DNA of 64,000 nucleotides from NCBI RefSeq assembly GCF_006345805.1, contig NC_043004.1, positions 10,230,001 to 10,294,000 of the forward strand, written 5' to 3'. The notes below the pieces were generated by a model. That model ran no database searches. It was given only the letters and a program-made list of their open reading frames with translations, and had not been told where the DNA came from. The translations under genes were made by a program, and so were the position numbers. Position 1 is the first letter of the stretch; each line of letters starts with the position of its first letter. Below, piece after piece: positions 38,557 to 52,778 of this stretch. The DNA comes from Octopus sinensis (Eukaryota).

Positions 38557-39341
38557 CCTTACTGTATAATTATAATAATGAATCTTCTTAAATGGATATC
38601 GATGCAGATTATCTTAGATATCTATTATACAACATCTCAGTAGACAACCAAAAGAACGATCTTCAACATGGTCATACAATATGCTAGAAATATCAGCAAG
38701 TCTTTTTTATGCACACCCATTTGTCTTTAAAATGACATGTTGAGCAATTTAGTCTTCGGCTCCCTGCACACTGTTGTCACACGTAGAATACCTTAGATGA
38801 AAGGTATGATCAAGGTTTATCTGAAGCTAAGCAATAACACCGACGAACCGACCAGTCTGCGATTGTCCCGATGTATTTAACACACAGGCTGTGTAGGTTA
38901 AATAGTTAGGATCTTCGACATGCGAGAGTAAGGTCGAGAGTTTGATTCCCAGCGACGTGATTTTCTAAGAGCATATATATTTTAGTAGAAAGAACAGAGT
39001 CAATTAAATCAACACCAACAGCTGATTGATACATATATTATTGGTCTCGGAAGGATAAAAACTAAGACAACTTTGGCCGTAAATTGAACTCAGAATATAA
39101 AGATAGGAAACTTAATACCACAAAGCGTTATATTCTCCAGCGCGCACCGATTTTGCACATATACCACACAAGTGTAGAGAATACATTATTTCACACATTG
39201 CTACTTTTGCCAAATTGTTTTTTTGTACAGACGTTTATCGTTAATTCCCCATACAAATATATATATATATAATATATATATATATATAATATATATATAT
39301 ATATAATATATATATATATATAATATAAATATATATATATA

Positions 39342-39384
39342 ATATATGTATATCTATTCATACAAGATATATATATATACACAC

Positions 39385-39473
<89 letters not shown>

Positions 39474-39527
39474 ACATGTGTGTATATATATTATATATAT
39501 ATCTTGTATGAATAGATATACATATAT
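39342..39527. repeat. (TA)n-centred fold-back
   Basis: TGTATATCTATTCATACAAGA (39347-39367) versus its exact reverse complement (39502-39522). Confidence 0.85.
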
Positions 39528-39759
39528 ATATATATATCTTTCTTTCTTTTGTTATCTTACCGTTTTACCAATATATATATATATATGTATATATGTATAT
39601 GTACATGAATACATACATTAATATATATATATATATTATATATATATATATACATACACACATATATAATTATTACATATTATATATAAGTATTATACAC
39701 ACACATATCATATAAATGTATATATACGTATATATGTTATATATATATATTAGTATGTA

Positions 39760-39825
<66 letters not shown>

Positions 39826-39847
39826 ATATATATAATATATATATATG

Positions 39848-39884
<37 letters not shown>

Positions 39885-41713
39885 AGATTGCTATACAGAC
39901 ATAGGTCAGTTTATTCACATAAGCAGACTGTGATTCTTCCGAAATATACTAACGAGAACTACTAATCGCTTCCAAAAATATTTGACTAGACTCTCTCTCT
40001 CTGTGACTGATTATTCCCTCACGGTTTTCTTATATTTATTTTATCTCTTCAACACCGCACACTCGCCATTTATATCACGTATGTTCAACAATCACTTTTG
40101 TTAATGTTTTCCTTCTGTTTGTTTCATGAGGAAGAGGGTACAATGTTATTTCTTTGGTGTATATATAATACTGCTTTTCGATATCAGTAGAATGTTGCAC
40201 CTATTTATTAGCAGGAGTGAGGGGGAAAGAACGTGGGGGTACAGAAACAATTTATATTTCATATATCTTGTTTCATTCTCTAAATATCACCGTGTTTGTT
40301 CTTGGGAATTTCATATACAATTTATGGACAAACGCTCGTATATAAGCATACATATTTTTATTATTTCTTCTACATTTTTATGTATGTATATCTTATGGGT
40401 ATTTAGCAGTTGTATGTGGCTTGCAGCAATGTGAGAGGAGATAATACTACAAGCACAAAAACGTATCAAATTAATATAACTGACAATAGATGCTTTGTTG
40501 TTGGTTTAGGTTTTAATACTTAACCGTTTGGCAGATGAAGTTGCAAGGATGAATAGATATTTAGACACAGTGATAGAGAAGCAGATACTTAGGTAGCAGA
40601 ATGACCGACAAATAACCAGTTAGATAGAGAGACTGATTGATAGGTAGAGATTTAGAGAAAGATGAAAGTGAAAATTATCGTCGGATAGTTAAGTAAATTA
40701 AGTATTATGTATACAGATAGATAGATTGAGTCGCATGATATAATCATATGATAGTAAATTGAATTAAAATGGAATAAAAAATAAGTGTGAACTATGAGCT
40801 TCGTTGTTGGGTAAAAGTTGTAAATTTTCAGTCGTAAGTGGCGAAATGGCAGAGTTAGAGAGATATATTGCCCAGTAGTATAAGTTCAGATTATCGACAC
40901 CCTAAGTTCGAATCCTATCGAGGCGAACTTTGTGCTATTTTTTTGAGGTCGATAAGGACAGTGTAGTGGTAATATATAGTCAGTACAAGGTGTTGATGTG
41001 GTTGCGTGTTATTACAATAGTTCATAAAGAGATGAAGAATGAATTCAAGATGTATATATTTACTACATAAAAAAAATATTTTATTTTCTGGTCGATGATG
41101 ATACATAGAATCAATATTTAGAATCTAGTTGAATGAAGTAATCTATGCAAGAAAGTTCAGAGATAGGAAATATGGAAATAACAGCTAAGTGGTGGTTTTC
41201 AGTCATGTGGCGTAGAGAAATAGACGGACATAGCAATGACGTGAATAGTTCTGAGTCTAATAACTAAGAAGCGAAGAGCAGGGTTAGCTAGCTGTTTTTA
41301 TTAATGGAACGCTAGACATTCTAGAAACTTCCAAGAGAAACGCTAAGCTTCTTGAATAATTAAGAATCATGTCTCATGATACGGATGCTTCGAGAAACTT
41401 AGAAAAGGGAGGTTACTCTATAATCTTTCTTGCAAGGCAGATCATTCAACGATCTAGCTACCGCTACAACAGTATCACTCCAATGACAGTAGACTTATGG
41501 AACTGTAAGAACGACGGACCGGATGTCTTGCAGTATTTGTTTCGGCTCTTTACATGATGAGTTCAAATCTACCTGTCGTCTACTTGGGTAGATTACTTTA
41601 TATTGAGGAGCTGTCGTGTGTGATGTTCAGATATGCAAAAACATTCAATATGTATATATACATATATGTATATATGTATATATATATGTATATATTATAT
41701 ATATATATATATA

Positions 41714-41747
<34 letters not shown>

Positions 41748-41766
41748 GATATGTATATATATATAG

Positions 41767-41808
<42 letters not shown>

Positions 41809-41878
41809 CTATATCTATTTATATATATATATATACATATATATATATGTATATATATATACACCCAAGTAATACGTA

Positions 41879-41917
<39 letters not shown>

Positions 41918-41965
41918 CATACATACACATGCACGCACCCACACACACATATGTATATATATATA

Positions 41966-41996
<31 letters not shown>

Positions 41997-42287
41997 CTCA
42001 AGCATACAAACTTGTAGAATGCTACGCAAAGCACGCTCAAGGATTGTGGCTACTTGATATATCATTCAGTTAAGATGTTCCTGCTACTAGATATACATCA
42101 GGAATTTCATAGTATCCATAGAGTTTATATAAACGGGTAAGTGACAGAAAATGAAAGAAAAGGGCCAGGTTGACGATAAATTACCATTCTGTCTTAAAGG
42201 TCAAATTATAAGAATGAAAGTTAAGAACAAACCAAAGGATAGAAGATTAACATGAAGCATTTTTCTATCTATCTATCTATCTATCTA

Positions 42288-42322
<35 letters not shown>

Positions 42323-42391
42323 TTGTCTGTCTATCTGTCTGTCTGTATATGTATGTATGTATGTATGTGATGTATGTATGTATGTAGGATG

Positions 42392-42444
<53 letters not shown>

Positions 42445-42495
42445 ATATATAATATATATATAATATATATATGTATATTTATAAAAAAAACATTT

Positions 42496-42532
42496 CAGTA
42501 CCGGTTTCAGTCACTGAGAACGTTTTCAACTG
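42496..42532 (-). ncRNA. Minimal hammerhead ribozyme motif with U3-A8 core
   Basis: CAG TTGAAAA CGTTCTCAGTGACT GAAA CCGGT A CTG; helix I CAG/CTG, ACCGGT palindrome, GUA; first helix II pair mismatched. Confidence 0.55.
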
Positions 42533-42858
42533 TAAGTATGGAAAAACAATTAAATATTGGAAAAATTAAAAGAAGAGTTTTTTTTTAAAGAATATTTGCA
42601 TAGTGTTCAAATACAAGTGGCATTTTCTTTGTTTCTGCCTGTCTCTGTCTCTCTTGTTTACTCTTGTGTTACTGTTCGAGGTCCTCGTGAATTCTTGGTA
42701 GGGAAGAGGAAGAAGAAGAATAAGGGGAAGGAGAAGAAGAAGAAGGAGAGGAGGAGAAGCAGAAGAAAAGAAGGGAGAATAAGAAAGAATTCAGGTAGTA
42801 TGAGAATAAGAAGGAATGTAGGTAGTAGGTAGTATATATAATATATATATATATAATA

Positions 42859-42895
<37 letters not shown>

Positions 42896-42929
42896 AATAT
42901 AATGTACACATGTATGTGTGGTCTTTGTG

Positions 42930-43200
42930 TTTTTTCCATAAGTATTTCCATGGTCATTGCTTTGACGAAATTTCTGGCCTTGACCTTTAAGCGTATCACA
43001 CGCATCTCTTCCCTGGCGAATCGTTTCTTTGTTGGGCTTCCTGTTAGTCATAAATCCATTTATTCTAAAAGCTTCTTTTCTCGAACTTCTGTTCTCTGGA
43101 ATTTATTACCATAGTCTTGTTTTCCTCTGGTCTATGATATATCCAGTCCTTTAAGCATTTTGTCAATCAATGTGTTCGGTCTATTGTTTTCCTTCTTTGT
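42930..43200 (+). pseudogene. LINE 3' coding end, CR1/L2/Jockey-group type
   Basis: YSKSFFSRTSVLWNLLP*SCFP, followed after a frameshift by SFKHFVN. Confidence 0.7.
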
Positions 43201-43645
43201 CCTCTCTTACGCTACAATGGTCTCAAGCCATGTTTGGCACAAAATCATATCATACATCACTTTTAAGTTACCTCCACAGATTTTCTATAGAATTTAGTGC
43301 CAACTCTGAGAGTTACATCTATGTAAACAAAGCGACTGAAGATAGAAAAATATGTGTTGCATTTGCGAGTCTGTACTCCTGATATACCAAGCTATCGATG
43401 AGAGAAAGAAAAACACACCACGTGAGGTGATTGTGTTTCAACGTTTAAGCGCTCTCGACTGAACATTAAGAACATAACCAGAGATGGAGACTCAAACTCT
43501 ACAGGTATTTATTACTTAATTCAATTTCAGTTAATTTGCTACGCGATTTTGTCATATTCATTCTATGTATCCTATGGCGTATAATTTAATTTACTTACGA
43601 TTCTTCCTACTGTTCCCATTCTTCTTACGATTTCCCCCATTGTCC

Positions 43646-43694
<49 letters not shown>

Positions 43695-43711
43695 CATCTA
43701 TCCATCTATCC

Positions 43712-43774
<63 letters not shown>

Positions 43775-44303
43775 ATCTATCTATCTATCTGTTTCTCTAT
43801 TTGTTTCCCAATTTGCCTGTCTATATCTCCGTCTGTCTGCATATATGTACGTATGATATGTACGTATGTTTAGCTACATTTTTTTCTTGCTTATCACTAA
43901 ATACCTAAACATAAGTGTTACTCCATCTGGTTATGCGATTAAGCATTACAACCGAAACTAGTAACAAGGTAACTATTGTTTGTTAACTTTTTTTCATATC
44001 TTGTCATTTGTTATAATTCTTCTCACATTTCAGTAAAACATGTAACTGCCTTGCTTTAATACCTACAATATAAAAATTTTCCTTGAGATACGTTAATGTT
44101 CTGTTTGTCTATCTGTGTATATGTCTCTGTCTTTTGCAGAAGAAAGATGAAAAACCCCCGAAACTTTAAGAATTTTATTCTATGTAGACATGAAAAGATT
44201 AAGAAACAAAGCTTAAATGGACATATTCTTCAACGTAACAGAATTTAACCTAGAAGAGATGCTCTCCTCTTTTGAAGTAAATTCACCACAGAAAGAACAC
44301 ATG

Positions 44304-44368
<65 letters not shown>

Positions 44369-44419
44369 TGTATATATATATATATTATATATATATATAT
44401 ATGATATATATATGTTTGA

Positions 44420-45469
44420 AATTTTACAGAAAATCAAAAGACGAAGACAGGTGTATAAACAACAAACAGATGTATTAGTGTAACGTTCAGGAAGGTGAGA
44501 AAATCTTTTACGTTTCGAGCCTACGCTTTTCAAAAGAAAGGAAAATGAGGAAATATACAGAGAGAGATTAAAACACCTTTTGGAGCTAGTTGTCAATCAT
44601 GGCGGCTGGCTGGACAGATGTAGTTAGACAGGAGAGCTAGAAAGTAGGGGAGATAATAAAGTATTGATGATCCCAAAATGAAGGTGCGCGTGCGTGTGTA
44701 TGTGAGGTTGTGTAAGTGCATACGTGTGGATAGGGGTTGGTGAGTTTGATGTGTAGATTTGTGCGTGTGTGTGTGCGTCTGTAATATGTGGGTGTGTGGA
44801 TGATGGTGTAGCTGTTGGGAAGTGGTCAGTGCTAGTGTGTGCGGGGTGGTGTGATGTGGTGTGGAGTGGTGGTGTTGGGGTGTGGGAATGCGAGGGTGTG
44901 GTGTGGGGATGTCAGGGTGGAATGTGGGTTTGGGTTGAGGATTTGGGGGTAGAGGTGGGGTATGTGGGAGTGCGATGTGAGGTTGTAGGGTGTGAGGTGG
45001 GGTTGGGATGTGCAGGCGTGGAGTGAAGATGGAGGGATATCGATGAAGGGAGAAAGTGAGTAGGAGTGAAGAAAGGAAGTAGGTGTCAGGGCAAGAGAGG
45101 AGAGGTGGGTAGGAGTGAAGAGAGGAAGTAGGTGTGAGATGAAGAGCGGAGAGGAGGAGAGTCACATGAAGAGGGGAGAAGAGTTGAGCCCATGTGGATT
45201 AAAGGAGCGAAGAGAGTTGATTAATTTCTGTTCACGGCGAAGGCGGGAGTCCGGATGGCCCCTGTAGAAAGACAATCCAAACACAGATAGGTGTTGTAAT
45301 GAATGATCGGTAGGACGGATATGAGAGTGGAGTTGTATATGTTGGCCGAAATGTCAAGACAGGCGACAGAAGTGTTGGAAATGGTGCAGGAGAATTCGAA
45401 AGCAAGATGGAAGGAATGGACAAAAGAGAGGAAGGAGCCTAGTTTTTCGCAGGAGAGCGGGGTCGCACC

Positions 45470-45470
<1 letters not shown>
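44420..45470 (-). mobile_element. Internally deleted Penelope-like element with terminal repeat
   Basis: Minus-strand RT patch VHSFHLAFEFSCTISNTSVACLDISANIYNSTL (PLE RT C-terminal motifs), C-rich low-complexity tract, then the hammerhead-like terminal repeat. Confidence 0.65.
44505..44540 (-). ncRNA. Hammerhead-like motif, non-canonical core family
   Basis: CTTT CTTTTGAA AAGC-GTAG-GCTC GAAA CG T A AAAG. Confidence 0.4.
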
Positions 45471-45525
<55 letters not shown>

Positions 45526-46114
45526 AATTAAAAAGGAATCGAGCACTTACATTCAGAACTCTGAGTTTCTCGATAGCTTCAAATGCGATTTATTCGATTC
45601 CCGCTACCATTCATTGAATTCTGCTTCTGTTGTTACACACGCGGTTTCTCGGCATCCATGCTGGAGCACCGATATCAATTATTTCTCCTGTCATCTTAAA
45701 AATATTTCATTCTACAGATCCATTACACACAGATATACACACATACGCCCGACATCATTTCAACTTCACAATGAAGATGTCACTATCGATAATGTATCTG
45801 TCATTAAGTTAAACTCATCTCGAATGCCGTTAACATAGAAAGTCATAACACTGAAGAAGACATCAATATCCCTATGAAAAAAATATCCCTGTCAACGAGT
45901 CATCTCCCTCTATGTCAACATTATTATAATCAATCACCTTCAACTAGTCATCACGAACAGCAAGCGCTCCCTCAGTCAATAAACCTATCTATCAAAACGT
46001 CATCGCTATCTGCAGTCACCCCCATCGATAAATCATTATTATCCACAAGTTATGATCGGAAACACTGTCTCATCACCGGAAGCACTAATTTTATATTTAG
46101 AAGTATTTTATTTA

Positions 46115-46961
46115 CAGGGTGTTCGGACTAAATTTGACGGCTTTTATGTCTCCTTTTATTCAGAAACAGCTTGATGTAATGTTGATCAGTCAACGGCGTT
46201 GGAGAGCATAAATATTAAAGTTGTAGTTGACAAAAAATTTCGCCGACAAGAAGTGGTGGAAGCCATCAGAATATTGGAAAATAGTTACGTGTATCATTGA
46301 TGATAAACATAGAATATCAAAATACCGATATCATGACTACTGTTCAATACTCGGTGAACTCTGTAAAGAGTGTAAGACGTGACATGGACTTCTGCAACGG
46401 AGACTACGAAGCCATGGCCAGAAGGAAGAGACACAGCAGTCTCCTGTCTGTGTCTGCTCGCTGCACTTCACCTCCACATCTTTGAACTGAGCCTTAGGCT
46501 CAATTCTGATGGCTATTTGAAACTGCTGAAGACTATAGTCAATCCTTGGCTTGAATGAGTTGCTACTTGAAGGCCATATGTGTGGTAGCAGGATTCGGTT
46601 CAGTGATTGTCTGAGGGTTAAGGTTTCTATGAGTTCACCGGCTCCAGTTTCTAGTCTTCTAATTCCCCCGATTGTAATTCCATGGATTATTATTTGTGGG
46701 TCGCAATTGGGAAGATACCAGCCGCTCTACCTGCAACACCAAGGCCGAACTGGTGGCTAACATCAAGGAGGTAAAAGATCTTCCTTGGGATACAGTGAGG
46801 AACGCATACGTCAGGTACCGGAGTTGACTTGGGGCTGTGGTAGAAAGTGAGTGCAGCTACTTTGAGCTAACATTTATCCCCGAACCATGATCTGATATGG
46901 ATGGGATATTGCGTTCTCTTCTCCTTTTATGCAAACTGTCAAATTTAGCCCAAACATCCTG
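46115..46961 (+). mobile_element. Deleted maT/Tc1-mariner transposon with TA TSD
   Basis: TIRs CAGGGTGTTCGGACTAAATTTGAC / GTCAAATTTAGCCCAAACATCCTG; coding patches RPYVW*QDS and DCNSMDYYLW. Confidence 0.85.
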
Positions 46962-48285
46962 TATTATACAAAGTCACAATGTTTGTTAATTCCCCTTCAA
47001 ATCTTCTTTTAACTATACTTAGGCTATATATGATAAAATTACTTTTCGAAGACGTTGGAACTGAATGTTGACACCTGCCTCGATAATTTTTAACAGATAA
47101 AAATCATAATTATTTTGTAACTTAATACTTTATAATTACTGTTATTCTATATTTTTTATTTATTTTTAATTTTTAATTTAGATGCAGATTTAGCTATATT
47201 TGAGATGAGAAGATTAGTCGATTGCAGTAACATAGTATTTTGACTAATACATTCTTCTATTCAAATGCCGCTGAAGCCAAATTTGCCTCGATGGGATTTG
47301 AACACAGAATGTATAAAGCTGTATGGTGATACCTCGAAACAATCTGTACCGAAATCGTTGAATTTTGGAGTTGGGTCCCCAGCACTTAACTAGCACATTA
47401 TTTCATTGAGCAGGGCATTTCACCAGAAAAAAATACATATATTAATAGGATTCGAGCCTGAGTAATAAAAGAAATGATTGCACTCGATTATACAATTCAG
47501 TGACATAACCCCTACCACAATCCTTGGCCAGCGTCGGCGTATTTATATTTAGCATTTAATATATTAATTTCAACATAGAAATAAAAAAAAAGATGTTGCT
47601 TTATTCTATGAGTATATTTTGTTTTTGTTCTAAATGTTTTCCTGTTACAGATTCTGTCTCTTGATTTGTAAATAAACTATTGGTTTCTCTAATTTTATTT
47701 TCATAATGTATTCTTTGCTTTTCTATCTCAGGCAAGAAACTACGGTGATTTATAATCCTCTATGTGTTAGCTAAGTAACAAGATGTTTTCTGGAATTTAA
47801 GTGCTATATTTCATTGCTATATTATGATACACATAAACTCACATAACCGTACACATACAGGGACAAACATACGCAGACACACATATACAGACACACACAC
47901 CCACACATAAATATGCTGTGTTGTTTGCAAACACTGCTATAAACAAATTACTAAAGTCTAAGTACGTCTCGTCTCGTAGAGTAAATCTAATATAATATTA
48001 TTTTTAAAGTTGATTACTTTTCCATTACTTCAAATTTCTTGCAGGAGAGGCAGTCGTCACATGGTATATAAATGAAGAAATATTTTTAAATGGTCTTGAA
48101 ATATCTTTCGTTGATAAAACATCAGACGGATGATTCTCAAACTCATAGTAGATATAAGAGCTAAAAAAATCTGACATGTGTGTGCGAGTGTGCGTGTGTA
48201 TACGTATGTGTGTATGAGCGTGTGTGAGCACGTGTGTGTCTATATCTATATATTTGCAACTTTATCTATCTATCTATCTATCTAC

Positions 48286-48364
<79 letters not shown>

Positions 48365-49009
48365 ACACAGACACATATACACACACGCGCACGCACACAC
48401 ACATATACACACACACAACACCCACACAAAGGGAGATAGTAATAGGTCTTCTAGTTATAGTTCATTTTTAATGTTCACATTTATTATACAGTCAAACGTT
48501 GAATGCGACTTGTTTTCTGCGGCTGGTTGTCCTCTCTGGTGTCAAAATCTATCTGTTTTCATACACCTTGTGCATATGTGTTAGATTTTATTTATATACT
48601 ACGAGCTGCCTCTAATTCATATTTGAATTTTTTCGGTGCCATGAAACGTTGGTCTATGTCAGCAAATTGTTTTAAAACCATTTAGCATATGGTCACAGTA
48701 GGCGGAATGATTTGCAGCGGACCCTGCAAAAGTCGCCACAATGACGAAACCTCGATATCTGTCGCTCTGGGAAGGATCCTGATGTGAGTTGTCTTAAGGC
48801 CTATGACTTGCTTTCAGGTGTTTTTAACACCTGGCGGATTGAGAATATATTCCCTTACGCCTAAAGCGCAGCCACCCACGAACTAGCAACACACACACCT
48901 TTTGTATGTGTTCGATTTTGTTTATAAATATATGTGTGTGCGTTATATATATATATATCTTTATATATATGCATGTATGTGTGTATGTATATTCATATAT
49001 ATATTTAGA

Positions 49010-49083
<74 letters not shown>

Positions 49084-49355
49084 TGAAGGCGCATAGCTTA
49101 GTGCTTAGGGCATTGCACACACGATTGTGAGATCGTGGTTCGATTCCAAGACCGGGCGTTACGTTGTGTTCTTGAGCAAAGAACTTCATTTTGACATGTG
49201 GCACCCAGTTGCGCCAGTACCGATAATGCCGATGTGATGGAGGGAGTAAACTTACGTCTACACAAACATTTGCTCACTATAACAAATCATCTGTGTAGTT
49301 GTTCCGTAAGAAATTGCCGAACCCTCATACGTCGTCTAACAACGGGAGGTCCATC
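49084..49355 (+). mobile_element. Family-C SINE
   Basis: Colinear with 6237-6530. Confidence 0.8.
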
Positions 49356-49564
49356 ATATATATATATATATATATATATCTATATATATAATAAATATTA
49401 GGGAATATATCCAAATTTACAGGGAAAAAAATCAGATTTAGGATTAAATCCAATTTTATAGTAAAATATTATAAATATTATTTGAGACAAAACCACTATT
49501 TTGCAAAACAAACAAGGAAAGACTTAATCAATACATAAAATTTAATAAATAGTCAAAAAAACCG

Positions 49565-49607
49565 CCACTACAATCGTTTCTTGTCTTGATCGACAATCTT
49601 CAGGTGG
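49565..49607 (-). ncRNA. Hammerhead ribozyme motif, canonical core (left arm copy)
   Basis: Exact reverse complement of 51267-51309. Confidence 0.75.
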
Positions 49608-51266
49608 ACTTCCAATCTAAAAATCAAAATTTTAAAATATAAAATAATACTTTTAATAATTAAAGTATAAATGAAAAAATATAAGTATATAATCCATATA
49701 TAACCTATATATAATCCATATCGAAAATATAGACTAATTACCACGAATTCCCTAAAAAAAACCATGATAAAACAAAACTCTTAAAAACATATAACGATAA
49801 AATCTCCCTTTGCTAAACTCTATAACAAACCTATAAAGTAACCCCCTAACCTAAACATTCACACCAATACACACACGTAAACCACAAACTCACGACTTAT
49901 ACACATACCTATACTAACTTATAAACCTCAATATACACCAAAACCCACTCCCTCCCCACACAGACAAATTAACACATACATCCCAAAACCTAAATAACAA
50001 ACCCAATACACATTCACACACAAAACACACACTCACACGCAAACACTCACACACAAAAGATACATATACTCCCTCACATATACGCCTATACATACTCACT
50101 AAACTCGACATATACAACAATACTTACACACCCACAAAAAACATTATATACATTTATGAGCTTTAACTCACCTTAGCATCTCTAACAAACAACTTGCAGT
50201 AACCCAATCCCATTCTCTATGCCTACCTCACTACTACACTATTCCATTCACATTCCAAGCAACGCTGGGATGTATGTGTTAATTTGTCTGTGTGGGGAGG
50301 GAGTGGTTTTTGGTGTATATTGAGGTTTATAAGTTAGTATAGGTTTGTGTATAAGTCTTGGTTCTGTGGTTTACGTGTGGGTTTTTTGTGTGTGAATGTT
50401 TAGGTTAGGGGGATTGCTATATAAGTTTGTTATAGGGTTTAGCAAAGGGAGATTTTATCGTTATATGCTTTTATGAGTTTTGGTTTATCATGGTTTTTTT
50501 AGGTAATTCGTGGTATTTTGTATATTTTAGGTGTTGGTTATTTTTTTACATTGTTTCATTCATAATTTTTGAGTGGTGTTCGTTTTGCCACGTGAATAAC
50601 CGGGTGGTGGACTAGCGTTGCTTGGATGTGAATGGAATAGTGTAGTAGTGAGGTAGGCATAGAGAATGGGATTGGGTTACTGCAAGTTGTTTGTTAGATG
50701 CTAAGTGAGTTAAAGCTCATAAATGTATATAATGTTTTTGTGGGTGTGTAAGTATTGTTGTATATGTCGAGTTTAGTGAGTATGTATAGGCGTATATGTG
50801 AGGGAGTATATGTATCTTTTGTGTGTGAGTGTTTTGCGTGTGAGTGTGTGTTTTGTGTGTGAATGTGTATGGGTGTTTGTTATTTAGGTTTTGGATGTAT
50901 GTGTTAATTTGTCTGTGTGGGGAGGGAGTGGGTTTTGTGTATATTGAGGTTTATAAGTTAGTATAGGTATGTGTATAAGTCGTGATTTGTGGTTTACGTG
51001 TGTGTATTTGTGTGTGAATGTTTAGGTTAGGGGGTTTACTTTATAGGTTTGTTATAGAGTTTAGCAAAGGGAGATTTTATCGTTATTGTTTTTAAGAGTT
51101 TTGTTTTATCATGGTTTTTTTAGGGAATTCGTGGTAATTAGTCTATATTTCGATATGGATTATATAGGTTATATATGGATTATATACTTATATTTTTTCA
51201 TTTATACTTTAATTATTTAAAAGTATTATTTTTATATTTTAAAATTTTGATTTTTTAGATGGAAGT

Positions 51267-51309
51267 CCACCTGAAGATTGTCGATCAAGACAAGAAACGA
51301 TTGTAGTGG
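51267..51309 (+). ncRNA. Hammerhead ribozyme motif, canonical core (right arm copy)
   Basis: CCAC CTGAAGA TTGTC-GATCAA-GACAA GAAA C-GATT-GT A GTGG; helix I 4 bp, helix II 5 bp, GUA site after 51305. Confidence 0.8.
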
Positions 51310-51401
51310 CGGTTTTTTTGACTATTTATTAAATTTTATGTATTGATTAAGTCTTTCCTTGTTTGTTTTGCAAAATAGTGGTTTTGTCTCAAATAATATT
51401 T

Positions 51402-51449
<48 letters not shown>

Positions 51450-51500
51450 CTATATATATATATATATATATACATATAATTATATATATCATATATAATA

Positions 51501-51550
<50 letters not shown>

Positions 51551-51563
51551 GTATGTATGTATG

Positions 51564-51607
<44 letters not shown>

Positions 51608-51659
51608 GGGAGAGTCCATCATATATATATATATATATATATAATATATATATATATAT

Positions 51660-52100
51660 GTCAGGTCACTTTTGAGTGCTACTGGTAACATGTACCCAGT
51701 ACAACCTGTTGTATGGTCGGTCGTTGGCGACTAAACCGGCAACCCCACCAAGATTGCTTGGTGAGGAGGGTGCTTATTGGACACCCTGCGGGATGAAAAA
51801 CAAAACCCATCAAAGGGCGGAGGAACTCTTGAGAGTCAACGGCCATCCAATAAATGCCTTAAGGCTCTATCATGCGCGGGGACATAGAAATAATCGGACT
51901 GAATACCCCAATCGCGCGGTTAAACCATTGGGAGTGAAGGACTCCTAGCCTTTGTTAGGGCATCCTTCTAGGAGAAGGTAACTCAGGTAACTGGTATAAC
52001 TCCGACATAAACTCCGACAGTGGTTACCGATGATGTTGACTTGTTCTTCTTTTCGGATTATGGCTGCTGTTGCTTAGTGAGTGGGATTGACTCCGTGCAC
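51660..52100 (+). mobile_element. Possible LINE (RTE-like) 5' UTR fragment
   Basis: GC-richer block containing GGCATCCTTCTAGGAGAAGGTAACTC, which resembles RTE 5'-UTR motifs by recognition only. Confidence 0.3.
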
Positions 52101-52204
52101 AGCCTTTCCCCACTTTAAAAAAATCTTCTTGCACAGGCATAGCACGATAACGACATTGATTAAGCTTCGTACAATGGCCATACTCGATAACGACGGGGCA
52201 GCCA

Positions 52205-52286
<82 letters not shown>

Positions 52287-52778
52287 TATATATATATACC
52301 AATGTATATGTGTGGGGGTGCCGAAACTCTCATGTACATATATATGTGTATATCATTGCAATCTCTTATTTAGTCGGTCGTTGTTTATCATTACAACGTG
52401 GAGAAACGTCTTGCAAAATTTGTTGCTTTTCTTTTTTCGATAATGACGTAAATTTTAGTTTCATGAAATCGAGTTTATCATATCGACTTTATGCATTTAT
52501 TTAATTTCTTTTTCCCCCTCAACTATAAAGTTCATAAATTTCTTATATATCTTTGTTGACTCGTTTGAGTCTCATCAATACGAAACAGTTAAAGACTTAT
52601 AAATTATAATTTATCCGACCTTGAAATAATCAAGGACTTATTCTTGTATTCTTTTATTCTTTTATTTATTTCAGTCATTTTACTGCGGCCATGCTAGAGC
52701 ACCGCCTTATTAATTATAATTTCTGAAACCTTGATTGCTTTGTACACATGAATCTGAATCAGGTCGATAAAAGATATA

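Larger units (their letters stand above)
49473..51402. repeat. ~790-bp inverted repeat with a third partial direct copy in the spacer
   Basis: 49473-50266 versus 50614-51402 reverse complement; 50267-50515 repeats part of the right arm. Confidence 0.95.

Noticed and set aside
43915-43970. GAAACTAGTA with an upstream GGTT/AACC stem, hammerhead-like 3' half
   Set aside because: The 5' core (CTCCATCT) cannot be matched to NUGANNA; at best a very decayed relic.
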